51,148 nucleotides of DNA from an uncultured Clostridia bacterium. GTDB taxonomy: Bacteria; Bacillota; Clostridia; TANB77; CAG-508. Below are positions 19,440-31,000 of this stretch, piece after piece. Every line of letters begins with the position of its first letter. Within the stretch, counting starts at the first letter, position 1. The notes below the pieces were generated by a model. That model was not told where the DNA came from. It did no database searches and saw nothing but the letters and a program-made list of their open reading frames with translations. A program made the position numbers and the translations under genes. Location: positions 1 through 51,148 of the forward strand of contig CALXVK010000003.1 in assembly GCA_944391975.1 (NCBI GenBank), written 5' to 3'.

Positions 19440-20702
19440 CTAAATCATTAAGTATACTATCATAAAAATATTTAAAAGATTTAATGCAAAAGAGCAAATT
19501 AATAATATAATCAGAACTAAAAAATACATATTGTTTTTTTCAATATTTAAACTTTTATAAACAATCTCATATTTATTTTTTATTTCTGCATATAATTCAT
19601 CCAATTCAAATACTTCTTTTAATGTTTTATAATATTTAGTTCCATTATCACCTAATGTTATTTCATTTTCCCATAGCTGTTTTGTGAATTTAATAAATTC
19701 TTCTCTCATTTTTACTATTTTGCTATATTCTTTAAATTCATAATTTAATTTTCTTAGAAACATTTTCTGATAAAGTGTAATTATAAAAGTATAAAAATAT
19801 TCATTTTCATATTCTAATGGTAATTTAGTAAAATTATATGTATCTATTCCAGAACAAATTAAATTTGAGCTTAATTTTGTTATAGCAATTTTATAATATT
19901 TATATTTATCTATTATTGCTAAGTTTTTATTTAAACTTTCTTTATTAAAATCAGAAAAATAACTACTAGGAAAAACATTTGCAAATTTATAAAAATCCGA
20001 AGGATAATCCTCTATACTATTTCTTTCATTCCAACTTTCTGTTTCTAAACACACATATGAATATGTATAAAATCTTGAATTCGTTAATTCCTCAGTTATA
20101 CCCGTTATTTTTCTTTTATAAATTCCTGTAATATGATTAATTAGCTCAGAGATATCTTCTACATCTTTAAATGTATCTGTCTGAATTCTAATTTTTTCAT
20201 AGTTTTTTAGTGATGAAAATTCTGAATTTATGTCTTTAAATTTATAATTAAAATCTAAAACATCATAAAAGTCATTTGTTCCATCTAAATTTGTTTTCAT
20301 CGTAAAAAAGCATATTCCAGTATTAAAACAAATTATTTCAATTTTTTCTACATTAAAAAATATACTATTAGTATCTCTATCTACCTTCCCCTTTACATTT
20401 TTATCTAATTTATATGTAAAACAGGCACATGTTTGATTTGCAATTATTCTACTCTTTAAATTAATGTTTGTTTTTTTAAAATCTCTTAATTTTTCATCTC
20501 TAAGTTCAAATGTAGGAAAAAGATATTCTCTAATATGAGGTAAAAAATATGTATAAATTCCCATATCTTTCTCCTTTTCAAATATTTTAAATTCACATCT
20601 TTTATTTTTTAATAATTTTAAAATATACTTATCATATCTACTTTTATCTATTAAATATGGATGTATAAAATAAGTATATTGATATTTTGTTTTTAAATTC
20701 AT
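19440..20702 (-). CDS. Hypothetical protein with C-terminal TM helix
   Basis: 420-aa ORF with RBS AGGAG, apparently co-transcribed with acpS. Confidence 0.75.
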   Translation of the reverse strand: MNLKTKYQYTYFIHPYLIDKSRYDKYILKLLKNKRCEFKIFEKEKDMGIYTYFLPHIREYLFPTFELRDEKLRDFKKTNINLKSRIIANQTCACFTYKLDKNVKGKVDRDTNSIFFNVEKIEIICFNTGICFFTMKTNLDGTNDFYDVLDFNYKFKDINSEFSSLKNYEKIRIQTDTFKDVEDISELINHITGIYKRKITGITEELTNSRFYTYSYVCLETESWNERNSIEDYPSDFYKFANVFPSSYFSDFNKESLNKNLAIIDKYKYYKIAITKLSSNLICSGIDTYNFTKLPLEYENEYFYTFIITLYQKMFLRKLNYEFKEYSKIVKMREEFIKFTKQLWENEITLGDNGTKYYKTLKEVFELDELYAEIKNKYEIVYKSLNIEKNNMYFLVLIILLICSFALNLLNIFMIVYLMI

Positions 20703-20747
20703 TAACTTTTCTCCTAGAAAATTTTATCTTATGTTTAATTTTATATT

Positions 20748-22265
20748 TTATTTAATATATATATTTAAAGATGCATCATTATATAAATGCCAATCAGCAA
20801 TAAAATCTATATATAAACTATCATCCAAATTTACACTTGGTTCTAAAATCACTGTTCCATCAGAAGCTAAAACGCCCCATACTCCATTCTGTTTTACAGC
20901 ACAATATCCATATGAGTTTTGTTCTCTAGCATCATCATATATATAATCAACCACTAATTCTCTATTGCTATTTACATATCCGTATTTATCTCCGCTCTTT
21001 GATAAAAACAAAGTATTAGTTTTTAGAGCATCAATATTAGATTCTTCTTCAAAATTTAATGTATAATATTTATACTCTCCATCTTCTCTTACTATCATAT
21101 AATTTGAATCTGTATTTAATTCTGATATTATAACATTTGAAAGCCTTGTTTCAAAATTTCTATCAATAATATCAGTTGTATAATCACTATTATCACCTAT
21201 ATAAAAATCTGTTGAATGTAAATGTTCCAAATATGTATATCTAAAATCAACACAAACAACATTATCTAAAGAAATTATTCCATATAATCCATTTTGTCTT
21301 GCAATATAATAATTATCTGTTGCATAAACTAATTCTTCATATTCCGCAGGAATTCTTGATTCTCCTGAAATAGTTATAACCCCATAAGAACCGCCATTTT
21401 GTATAATTAAATTATCTCCGTTTATTGAAATAATATCATCGAAACCGCTATCTAAAATAGTATTTAAGTTGCTATCAATTAATTTTAAGCCCGAACCATC
21501 ATTTACAACATACATAGAATCACCTGTTGTATTTTTTATTTCAGAATAATTAGTTTCTAATATGGTTTTTCCAGAAGCACTAATGATTCCATAATTTCCA
21601 TTTGATGAAACTATATAGCCATCGTCTTCAGAATCAGTTGATAAAGTCGTTATATCATCATAATTGCAATCTACAACTAAACTTTTTAAATTTGAATTTA
21701 CAATTCCTCTTAATCCGTCTTTTTCAACTACAATGCTTCTTTCAGTTCCATCTAAAGAATAAATATTTGTATATTCAGCATCAAGAACTTTTTTTCCATC
21801 AAAATCAATTAATCCATATAATCCATTTGATTCATATATTAAAAGATTTGTATCATACCAAACGTCATTTAAATCTCTTTTCTCTATTGCTCGTACATTT
21901 GAGTAGTCAGTTAAAATTTCTTCTCCGCTTGAATTTAATACTCTTGTACTATATGTTTCATTTTCATAATCAATATCATATGTACAAATAAATAAATCCC
22001 TGGTTTGATCTGGAATAACTATAAGCTCATCATAATCTAGTCCAACAACAGTATTTCCTTTATTATCAATAACACCATATTTATTATTATCATATACTGT
22101 AAAATATGAAGTTTGAACAGTCATTTCTGGAACTGTTACATTACCAGTAAATAAATTTTTTAGTGAAATTATAACCATTATAATTACTATTATTGCAATA
22201 ATAGTTGCTGCTACTTTCTTTTTGTTAAGCTTACTTTCTCCATCATATCTTTTTCCTCTACTCAT
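20748..22265 (-). CDS. WG-repeat membrane-anchored protein
   Basis: Repeated KYGVID/LYGLID/WGVL units after an N-terminal TM. Confidence 0.85.
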   Translation of the reverse strand: MSRGKRYDGESKLNKKKVAATIIAIIVIIMVIISLKNLFTGNVTVPEMTVQTSYFTVYDNNKYGVIDNKGNTVVGLDYDELIVIPDQTRDLFICTYDIDYENETYSTRVLNSSGEEILTDYSNVRAIEKRDLNDVWYDTNLLIYESNGLYGLIDFDGKKVLDAEYTNIYSLDGTERSIVVEKDGLRGIVNSNLKSLVVDCNYDDITTLSTDSEDDGYIVSSNGNYGIISASGKTILETNYSEIKNTTGDSMYVVNDGSGLKLIDSNLNTILDSGFDDIISINGDNLIIQNGGSYGVITISGESRIPAEYEELVYATDNYYIARQNGLYGIISLDNVVCVDFRYTYLEHLHSTDFYIGDNSDYTTDIIDRNFETRLSNVIISELNTDSNYMIVREDGEYKYYTLNFEEESNIDALKTNTLFLSKSGDKYGYVNSNRELVVDYIYDDAREQNSYGYCAVKQNGVWGVLASDGTVILEPSVNLDDSLYIDFIADWHLYNDASLNIYIK

Positions 22266-22389
22266 ATGTACCTCCGTAGTAAAATATAAGATTTTTACTA
22301 AAATAATATATCATGTTTTACATAAAAAAACAATACTTATTCTAGCTTAAGTTTTGTTTTTTTATTTATTCAATTTAAAAAATATAAAA

Positions 22390-24799
22390 TTATTTTTTTA
22401 TAATTTTAGCAACTACTACGGTAATATCATCTTTAACATTTCCATATGAATTATCAATAGCTTCACTCACAATTAAATCCGCTATTTTTTGTACATTAGT
22501 TGTATTAATATTTTTTAAAAAATCTTGAATCCAATCAGATTTAGCATCATCTTTTGAAGCATCTAATAAACCATCACTACACATTAAAATTATATCGCCT
22601 TCATTTAAACTGCACATTTCCCTATATAATTCTACATTTTCAACAATTCCAACTGGCATTTGATTCGATGAAAATATTCTAACATCCTTTTTAGTTTTAA
22701 TATAAGTATTACATGCCCCATTTTTAATTATAGCAATATTTCCTGTATATAAATCAAGAATACTCATATCAACACTTGCGTACATTTCATCATTCTTATT
22801 TAAGTTTAGTTCAGAATTAATAAGATTTAATATATCTTTTTCTTCAAATCCTTTTTCTAAAAAATTATTTAATGTATTTATAACAAATTTGCTACTTTTT
22901 TTAGCAAGTTCACCGCTTCCCATTCCGTCACTTATAGCTAACAAATATTTTCCGTCATCTAATCTAATTTGCAAATTAGAATCACCAGAAATTTTACTTC
23001 CTTGTTTTGTTGTTTTTGAACTGCCTACAGCTAAACCAAATTTATCTTCTACAGAATATGTTTGAATATAAACTCCTGTAGATAAATTTTTTCTATCTCT
23101 TTGAAAAGTAAATTTTTTTCCAAAAACTTTCGAAATCGTATCAGCAATTAAGTCTAATTTCTTTTTATCCCTAAGGTCAGAGCCTTCATCAAATTTCAAA
23201 TCAAGATTTACTATATATTTTCCATTTTGAGCTTTATATATAGAAATAGAATTTACATTTAAACCTCTTCCTTTAAGCAAAACATTTAATTCTTTTTCTT
23301 TAACATCAAATTTCTCATTTTGAATTTCCTTAGTTGATACTTTTTTTATCATATTTGAAACATTTTTTAACTCATTTTTTATTTTAAGTTTTTCTTCTTT
23401 TCTAGTTTTTTGTTTTATAGTATTTATTTGTAACTCTCTATATGTTCTATTTGAAATTTTAATTAATTCTTGTAAATCATCTTTAATCTTTTGATCCCTA
23501 AGTAATATAAAGTTATTATATTTTTTAAAAATATCTATAAGTATATTTTCAGTTACAACATCTTCTTTTGTAAATTCATCAAAAATATCTCCTATCAATT
23601 CTTGATTTTGAGTTACATCTTCATAAAAAATATTTTGATTATAATCTTCAAAATTTTCTAAGAAATTATCTATATAAATTTCTTTTTTTAATTCCATATC
23701 CTCACTACTTATAATCATTTCTTCATCAATTCCATCTATTGCATCAGCAACAACATCTAATTTATCTTTTACATCTTCATAATATTTAAGTCTTTTATCT
23801 CCATTAGAAGGTAGTGCTTTCTCTCTTCCAAATAAATCCTGTACTCTTATTTTTATATTTGATGGTACAACTAAAAGCAAAACTGAGGCAATAAAAATTT
23901 CCCTAAAAAAAATTATTGTAGCTGTATTTCCATTGGCAAGATATGTCAAAATAGCATTTCCTAATAAAAAACCAATAATAACTCCTGGTTTTCCAAATCT
24001 ATTTAACACTCCTGCTAGAATTCCTGAAACCGCAAAAACAGTTAATTGTAGCAAATCAATATTTCCGAACTAATGTTAATGCTAGCCCAATTGATAACCC
24101 TGCAGTTCCTCCTATTAACATTCCATTTTTCCATCCTAAAACTAATATAATAAAAATTATCAATATATTACTAATACTCAAAGAAAATATTTGAACATCT
24201 TTTAAAACAGAAATTGCAATCGCAATAATTATAGACGCAGCTATTAATTCTTCAACTGTAAAAGCTTTTTTTTCTCCCCAATCACGGATCACTACAATTC
24301 CATTTACAAATATTTTATAAAATGTATATGTTAGTGCTGCAATAACTAAACCTAAGAACAAATCATAAATTAAAAAAACTCCTCTTATATTATTTATAAG
24401 ATTATATAAAAAACTTGCAAAAAATAATCTTGTCCCTACTTTTAAAACTTCATTTCTTTCATCCAAAGAAACATTTGGTTTAAAAATAAATATTAATACA
24501 AAAAATATAATAGATGTGCCAAAAAATGTCGCTAAACCGTCTCCTCCATGGAATATCCATGTTGAAATAAATGAAACAATATATACCATAAAAATAGGTA
24601 CAGTTCCACCCATACATGCTGCTAAAATAGCTAATCCAAATGGAATTATCTCATTTTTTATTGATACCATCGAAACCAAAAAAGTAAGTATATAAATAAC
24701 CACATTATGTACAGTAAATAATTCTTTTAAAATTAACGAAACTTTTTTGTTATCTTCTTTATTGATATCTATTCTACTATTTGAAACATTTTGAAACAT
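22390..24799 (-). CDS. spoIIE: Stage II sporulation phosphatase SpoIIE, split at CGG 24067-24065 (joined 802 aa)
   Basis: Multi-TM N-terminal ORF 24056..24799 plus ORF 22390..24054 with PP2C motifs SGDS, SDGMGSG, SDGL and DDITV. Skipping C24067 joins them as LTLV-G-NIDLLQLT. Confidence 0.9.
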
Positions 24800-24855
24800 C
24801 CTTAATCACCCTATCTAAAATACTTTAGACCCTTTATTTTATAATTTATGTAAAT

Positions 24856-24890
24856 ATTCTACCTCAATTTCTCAGTCAAAATTTGTCATA
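24856..24890 (-). promoter_or_regulatory. Possible Spo0A-dependent spoIIE promoter
   Basis: TAGAAT -10 (24861-24856) lies 22 bp from ATGACA. Tandem imperfect 0A-box-like heptamers at 24874-24880 and 24884-24890 resemble the long-spacer spoIIE/spoIIG promoters. Confidence 0.4.
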
Positions 24891-25031
24891 TTTACTTCTA
24901 AATTTATAAAACATTCCTACAAATTATGATATTTTATTATATCATTTGTCAAAAAGTATTTTATTATACTTTATTCTAAAAAGCAATACTTAATTTAAGT
25001 TCAATTTGCATTTTTCTAAATATACTAAAAT

Positions 25032-25070
25032 AAAAGAAATCCATTAGGCTTTGCCTAATGGACTTCTTTT
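25032..25070. terminator. Terminator after the giant adhesin
   Basis: AAAAGAAATCCATTAGGC-TTT-GCCTAATGGACTTCTTTT. Confidence 0.8.
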
Positions 25071-25082
25071 ATTTATATAGTT

Positions 25083-28000
25083 TTATTTTATTAATAAAAC
25101 TTTCTTTCTAATAACCACAATACCTACTGCTATTATAACTCCTGCAATTAACACTATTCCTACTATTTGTAATACTAATTTTACAGTTGGATTTAAACCA
25201 GTTGGAGGTGATAATGTAATAACTTCAGTTGCACTTGTATCTGGTTCATCTCCAGCGATTGTATATATATCTATCGTCTCATCATATCCTGTTGCACCAT
25301 CTTGTAATTCATAAGTACTTGTGTTACCTGCAATTGTTCTTATATCTCTTCTACCTACAGTATTTTCAACTTTTATAATTTCAGCAATATTATCTATATC
25401 ACTACTATCTTCTTCTGATGAGTAATATCTTGATACTGTTAAGTTAATACTTGCAGTAGCATTAGTATAAGCTGTATTAGGATCAACATCAGATGTTGAT
25501 GTATATGGAACAGTTCCTTTAACAAGTCCTGGATTTGTTCCTGCTTCTGCATCACTTGAAGCATTATCAATACTTATTATTATATTATTCTTAGAGTCTG
25601 TATTAAATTCTTGTAAATAATCATTTATAACAGTATATCTATATGTTCCATCTGATAATCCTGTTGCTAATGTTGAATATGTTGAATCTGAAATTCCAGC
25701 TCTATATTTATAATTATAATATGTCACTTCATTTATCTCTGTACTTCCATCTGTCACTATATCTCCAGAATCACTTACAACTACAGGTTCTCCATTAGAA
25801 TTTACAATTTGGATAATAGCTGGATCTATTAATCCATTATCTGCATATTCTATTAAATCAGTTGTTGTAACTGCTGCCCAACTTTGATTTACTGACATAT
25901 TATTTATATCTGTAAATTCAACGTCTGGATCTACATAATCAACAATTTGATGTATTGTAGATTCTACTAATATATTATCATCTGTATAAGTACCTTGTGT
26001 TCCTAAATAATATATGCTTCCAAAGTAAGTACCATATTGATATTTACCACTTAAGTCAGCCCACATTCTTCCATTTGTAGCTGTATAGAATGGTGAAGAT
26101 AATCTTTCAATTGCACTATTTACAGCTGTATTAGTATCTGTATCATATCCTTCACTATTAACTTCTGTCCATATATTCTTTAGGATCTGGTTACAAGTAT
26201 CTGCCTCACCAACATTAAATACTGTTAATTGATATTGAACTGTAATAGTTGCACCTTGAAGGATTGTACCTTCTGCCATAATATATCTGTAACCTTGTGA
26301 TGATGCTGATCTATTCAATGAAGCAATATTTTCATATCCTGTTGATAATGATCTGTTTAATGTTACTGAAGATTTTATTGTATCATCATCACCTAACTCA
26401 TATTCAATATCATATACTGCATCTAATATAACATTGTTATCAGATGTTGTTAATGTTATTTCTTTGATTTGTTTATCAAGAGTTAATTTTGTTTGAGATC
26501 TTTCTTCCAATCCAAAATCGATATTATCAATTATATAATCAAATTCATTTCCTGCTGCTACAGAACCTTTATCAATATCTCCATCTACTGCTAAAGCTCC
26601 ATCAAGTTCTCCAATTGTTTCAGTAGTATAATTTATATCATAAATGTTCTCAACTTCTATATTAAGTTTTGCAGTTTCAGCATACATATAATATCCATCA
26701 CCATAAATTGGACCTTGATCTGTATCTTTAGAATCTTGATAATTGATGCCATCACTTCCCGCTCTATCAGATGTGTCTCCATATAATTCTGAATGATCTG
26801 CATCGATATCATCTGCTGTTGCAAATACACGAGTATTATCATATACTAACATTTCTGATTTTGAAGCTATGTATAATCTTCTTGCTTCAACATCTCTAGC
26901 ATCTGAAACTCTTGCCGCATCTAAGTCATCATTTGATAAATCATGCCATTCATTATCTGTATATCCGTCATCATCAGAATCATTATCAAATCCAACTTCA
27001 TATGATGTTGATTTATAATCTTGACCATTATAAACTTCTGAATATCCATCATTTCCAGTAGCAATATCTTTATCACCATAAACGAATCTTACTTTATAGT
27101 TACCTGCAGGAATTGCTGTGAAATCATACTCACCAGCTGCGTTTGTAACTATAGTTGAATCAAATCCTGTAAGTTCTTCTAGTGATTTTCCACCTAAACC
27201 TTCAATTTCTGTACTAGAAGTTGGCCATATAAATTCATACTCTTGATATACAGTATTTCCATTTAAATCTTCTTCACCTGTTGGTATTGATATAACTTCC
27301 AAAATTTCAGTTGTTAAATCTGGTATTGCTTTATCTCCTTGATCTGGATTATAAGTACCATCACCAATTACTTGACTATATTCAACTGTATTTGTTTGAG
27401 CATCTTCCCAAACTAAACCATTTACTTCTCTATCATCATCATATAGTTCAATTGTAAGAATTGGAGCTGAATCTGTATCATCTTCATACCAAGTTTTATC
27501 ATTAAATTCTGGAATATTAATATTATCTGGTGCTGAATCTTCATCTACTCTACCAGCAACTTCACCTGGTGAACTCCATTTATTCTTAGATGTAGTTGAA
27601 TAATATGTTGAAAAACTTGTTAACTCAGCTAAATTATGTTTCTCACCTAACACAATTGAATCTGGAATTGAGTTTCCATCAGTAGAAACATCTTTTACAA
27701 CTTTAAATGTAACTTGAATTTCTGCTCTTTCACCACTATGTAACATTGTTCCATTAAGTGAATTTGTTACTATTTTATTATAAGTTACATCATCACTTCC
27801 AATTATAGGGCTTCCATCACTAGACCATGTTACATTTCCTGAACTTATTTCATTATAACTTGAATCATAATATGTTACTGTTGATGTTTCTGCTAAATTT
27901 CTAACCTCATTTATTTCTACTCCATTCAAAGTTTGAACATATGTCCTACTTTGACTATCTGGATCCGTAATTAACTCATATGTGCCATCATAGTAATCAG

Positions 28001-31000
28001 CAATTTCATTAATTCTAACATCATATGTATCTGATTCATTATATACATTTATTGTATATTTCAAATAAATTTCAAGCTCAGTTGATTCAACAGGTAAACC
28101 TAAAGTTCCTGTATAGAATCCATCTAAAGCATTACCTACATCAGATCCATCATAAATACTTGCTCTATAATAATAATCTGATGTGTATAATCCTAATGTA
28201 TATTCTATTTCTTCATCTGCAACTGCTATTTGTTTATATAATAATTCATAATTATCTGGATTATCTAAGTCAATTGCACTATTATATTTATATTTTAAAA
28301 CTTTACCATTAATTACAACTATTGCTTCAGTTAAATCTTTCTCTGTTGCTATATCAGCAGCTTCTCTCTTAAGTAATCCTAAATTTATACTTAATAAATA
28401 ATTATATGTTGCTGAGAAATGGTATGTTGTTTTTGATAAACCAGTTATTGGATCAACTGATTTATCCCAGCTTTCTAAATGATATTCATCATCAAATGGA
28501 TAAGTTAATCCACCATTATTTGTACTTGCATCAATTAAAAAGTCTGAATAAATATTTCCATTTTCATCATAAGTTTGTAATGTTGAAACCTTTCTTGTGT
28601 TATCACTATTTAATACTGATATAGAATCTGTTGATGTGTAATTTAATGTTATATCATTTCCTCCACCAGTTGCTTTACCTACTGTTGTACCATCTGATTG
28701 TATTGGATCTTGACCTTCAATATTTGTAAATTTAGCATTAAATGATTGTCTATCAAGCGGATTATCTATTGCCATTGAATCTTTAAGCCATGCATCTCTT
28801 CCAGATGTAGAAGCACTTCTAAATGCATTTGCATCTCCATTTGATGTTGCTAAGAATGTTGTTGGCTCATAAGTTTGACCATCATATGTAAATGTTACAT
28901 CATAAGATACATCATATCCAGCATTATAATATGAACTTTCTGTTGAATCTTCTAAGTTAAATGCTGGTACTGATATTGAACCAAATGACCAATTACCATC
29001 AGAATCTGTATAAGTATAATTATCAATTGGTGTTAAATGATCATTTTCATCATAAGCATAAATTGGTTCTAATCTTGCTACAATATTTCCATTTGAATCT
29101 TTTACAAGTCTTGTTATTGTAACTCTTACGCCTTCAATTCCAGCTTCTCCTTCATCTATTAAACCATTTTCTACTTTATCTGCTTCTTTAGCAGCAGAAT
29201 AATCTGTGTCATCCCAAACTTTACCGCCCATCTCCATTGTTAAATCATATGCTACATTTGGACCAGTTTGGTTTGTGGCACTAACATTTACCACTTGACC
29301 ATCAACTAAACTTCCTGATGAATTAGTAATTTCATATAACCACCATCCAGCTGGAATATTAACTTCTTCAACAGCATATGTTGGAGCATCTCCTATCCAA
29401 CTAAATGTGCCTGATGTCCAAGTTGCTGATGAAGTTCCATCAATGTTTATAGTTACTTTTAATGACATTGTATCATTAACATAATTTCTAACACTTCCAT
29501 TAATATCTGTATATGAGAATGTACCATTAACAGTTATATTAAATGTAAATGATCCTTGATAATCTGTAACAGCAACTTTATCCAAGTCTTCTACATGTTT
29601 AGTAATTGAAAGTTGTCCTGAATAATGTCTTGTTGATGTATTTCTAGCTATTACATTAATAATATCATCTTCTACTAAAGAACCTGAATCTGGATTAATA
29701 GATACAGTCCAATCACCAGTTGAAATCTCTGTTATTTCATAAGTAGGAGCATCTTCTGTTGACTCCCAGTAAAAATAATCCGATCTCCAAGTTGTTCCTG
29801 AATCTATTTCAACAGGAATTGTAGTTGTTGTTCCATTATCATATGTAACAGTTATTTCGAATTGGAATGTTACTCCATCTATTTCATTTCCATTTCCATC
29901 TATATATTCTTTTGAAATCTGAATTCTACCTTTTAATAATCTAGGTTCTTTTTGGTTTACAGCAATTATTTCTGCTACCGCTGACTGACTAGAATCAGAT
30001 GATCCATTTAAAGTTCCTGTTAATGAATTATTTGTATTAGTTTGACTTCCATTATATAAACTAACTACTTCAACTCCATCCGCAATTTGCTCTTCTGTTA
30101 AATTTTCTTGAATTGTATATGTTGGAGCATCACCTTCCCAGTAAAATACATCTGAAACCCAAGGATCTCCATCAGCTGTTACATCAACACTTAATGTAAG
30201 TGGTTCTCCATCTGATGTATATTCTGTTCCGTTATACTCAAAATCTCCTGTTACAGTTATTGTAAAGTTAAAGCTATCTCCAGAAATATTATCTGTTTGA
30301 GCTTTTTTGTATAATTCTATATGTCCATATTGAGGATTAATCGTTATATCATTTATTGCAGTTAATACATTAGTTTGTTCTTCTGATAAAGTACCACTAA
30401 TAAATGTTGTCTCAACTGTATTTGTTCTATTTGACCAACTTACAAATTCTGCATAATCTGGTATTTCTACCTCTGTTACTCTATAAGTTGGAGCTGATAC
30501 GTCATCATTCCAAGAAATTGTTCCTGAAGTCCAAATATTATTTCCTGTTTCAGTATCACCTTTTCCTATAACACTAGCATCTAATGTTAAAGTAGAATCA
30601 TTTATATTTGTAACTGTTCCATCTGGTGCAGTATAAATAAATGTTCCTGTAATTTCTACTGTAAATTTAAATGTTTTTTCACTATCTTCTAAACCATCTA
30701 AATAAGAAGTATTTCCTATAGTTTCTTTTACTATTTGAAGTTCAGTTTCTTTTGATTCAACACCTCTATTTAGCATTTTAATAACAACTGTATTATCTGA
30801 AAGTAATTGATCAGTAATACTTGGTGTATTTGTTACAGTTTTATCATTATTTGAAATACTAACAAATGCTGCATCATCTCTATCTTCAAGACCAGTCTCT
30901 TCTACTGTATATGTTGGTGCTTCTTCATCAGCTTCCCACTCAAATGGGCCATATTCTTTTAATGTATCATTTTCTATTGTAGCTTGATCTGCACTCAAAA

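Noticed and set aside
12225-24799. comM and spoIIE as ordinary pseudogenes or homopolymer sequencing errors
   Set aside because: The breaks are not in homopolymer runs, share the same C-before-Gly-codon signature, and both halves are otherwise intact. An artefact is disfavoured but not excluded without reads.
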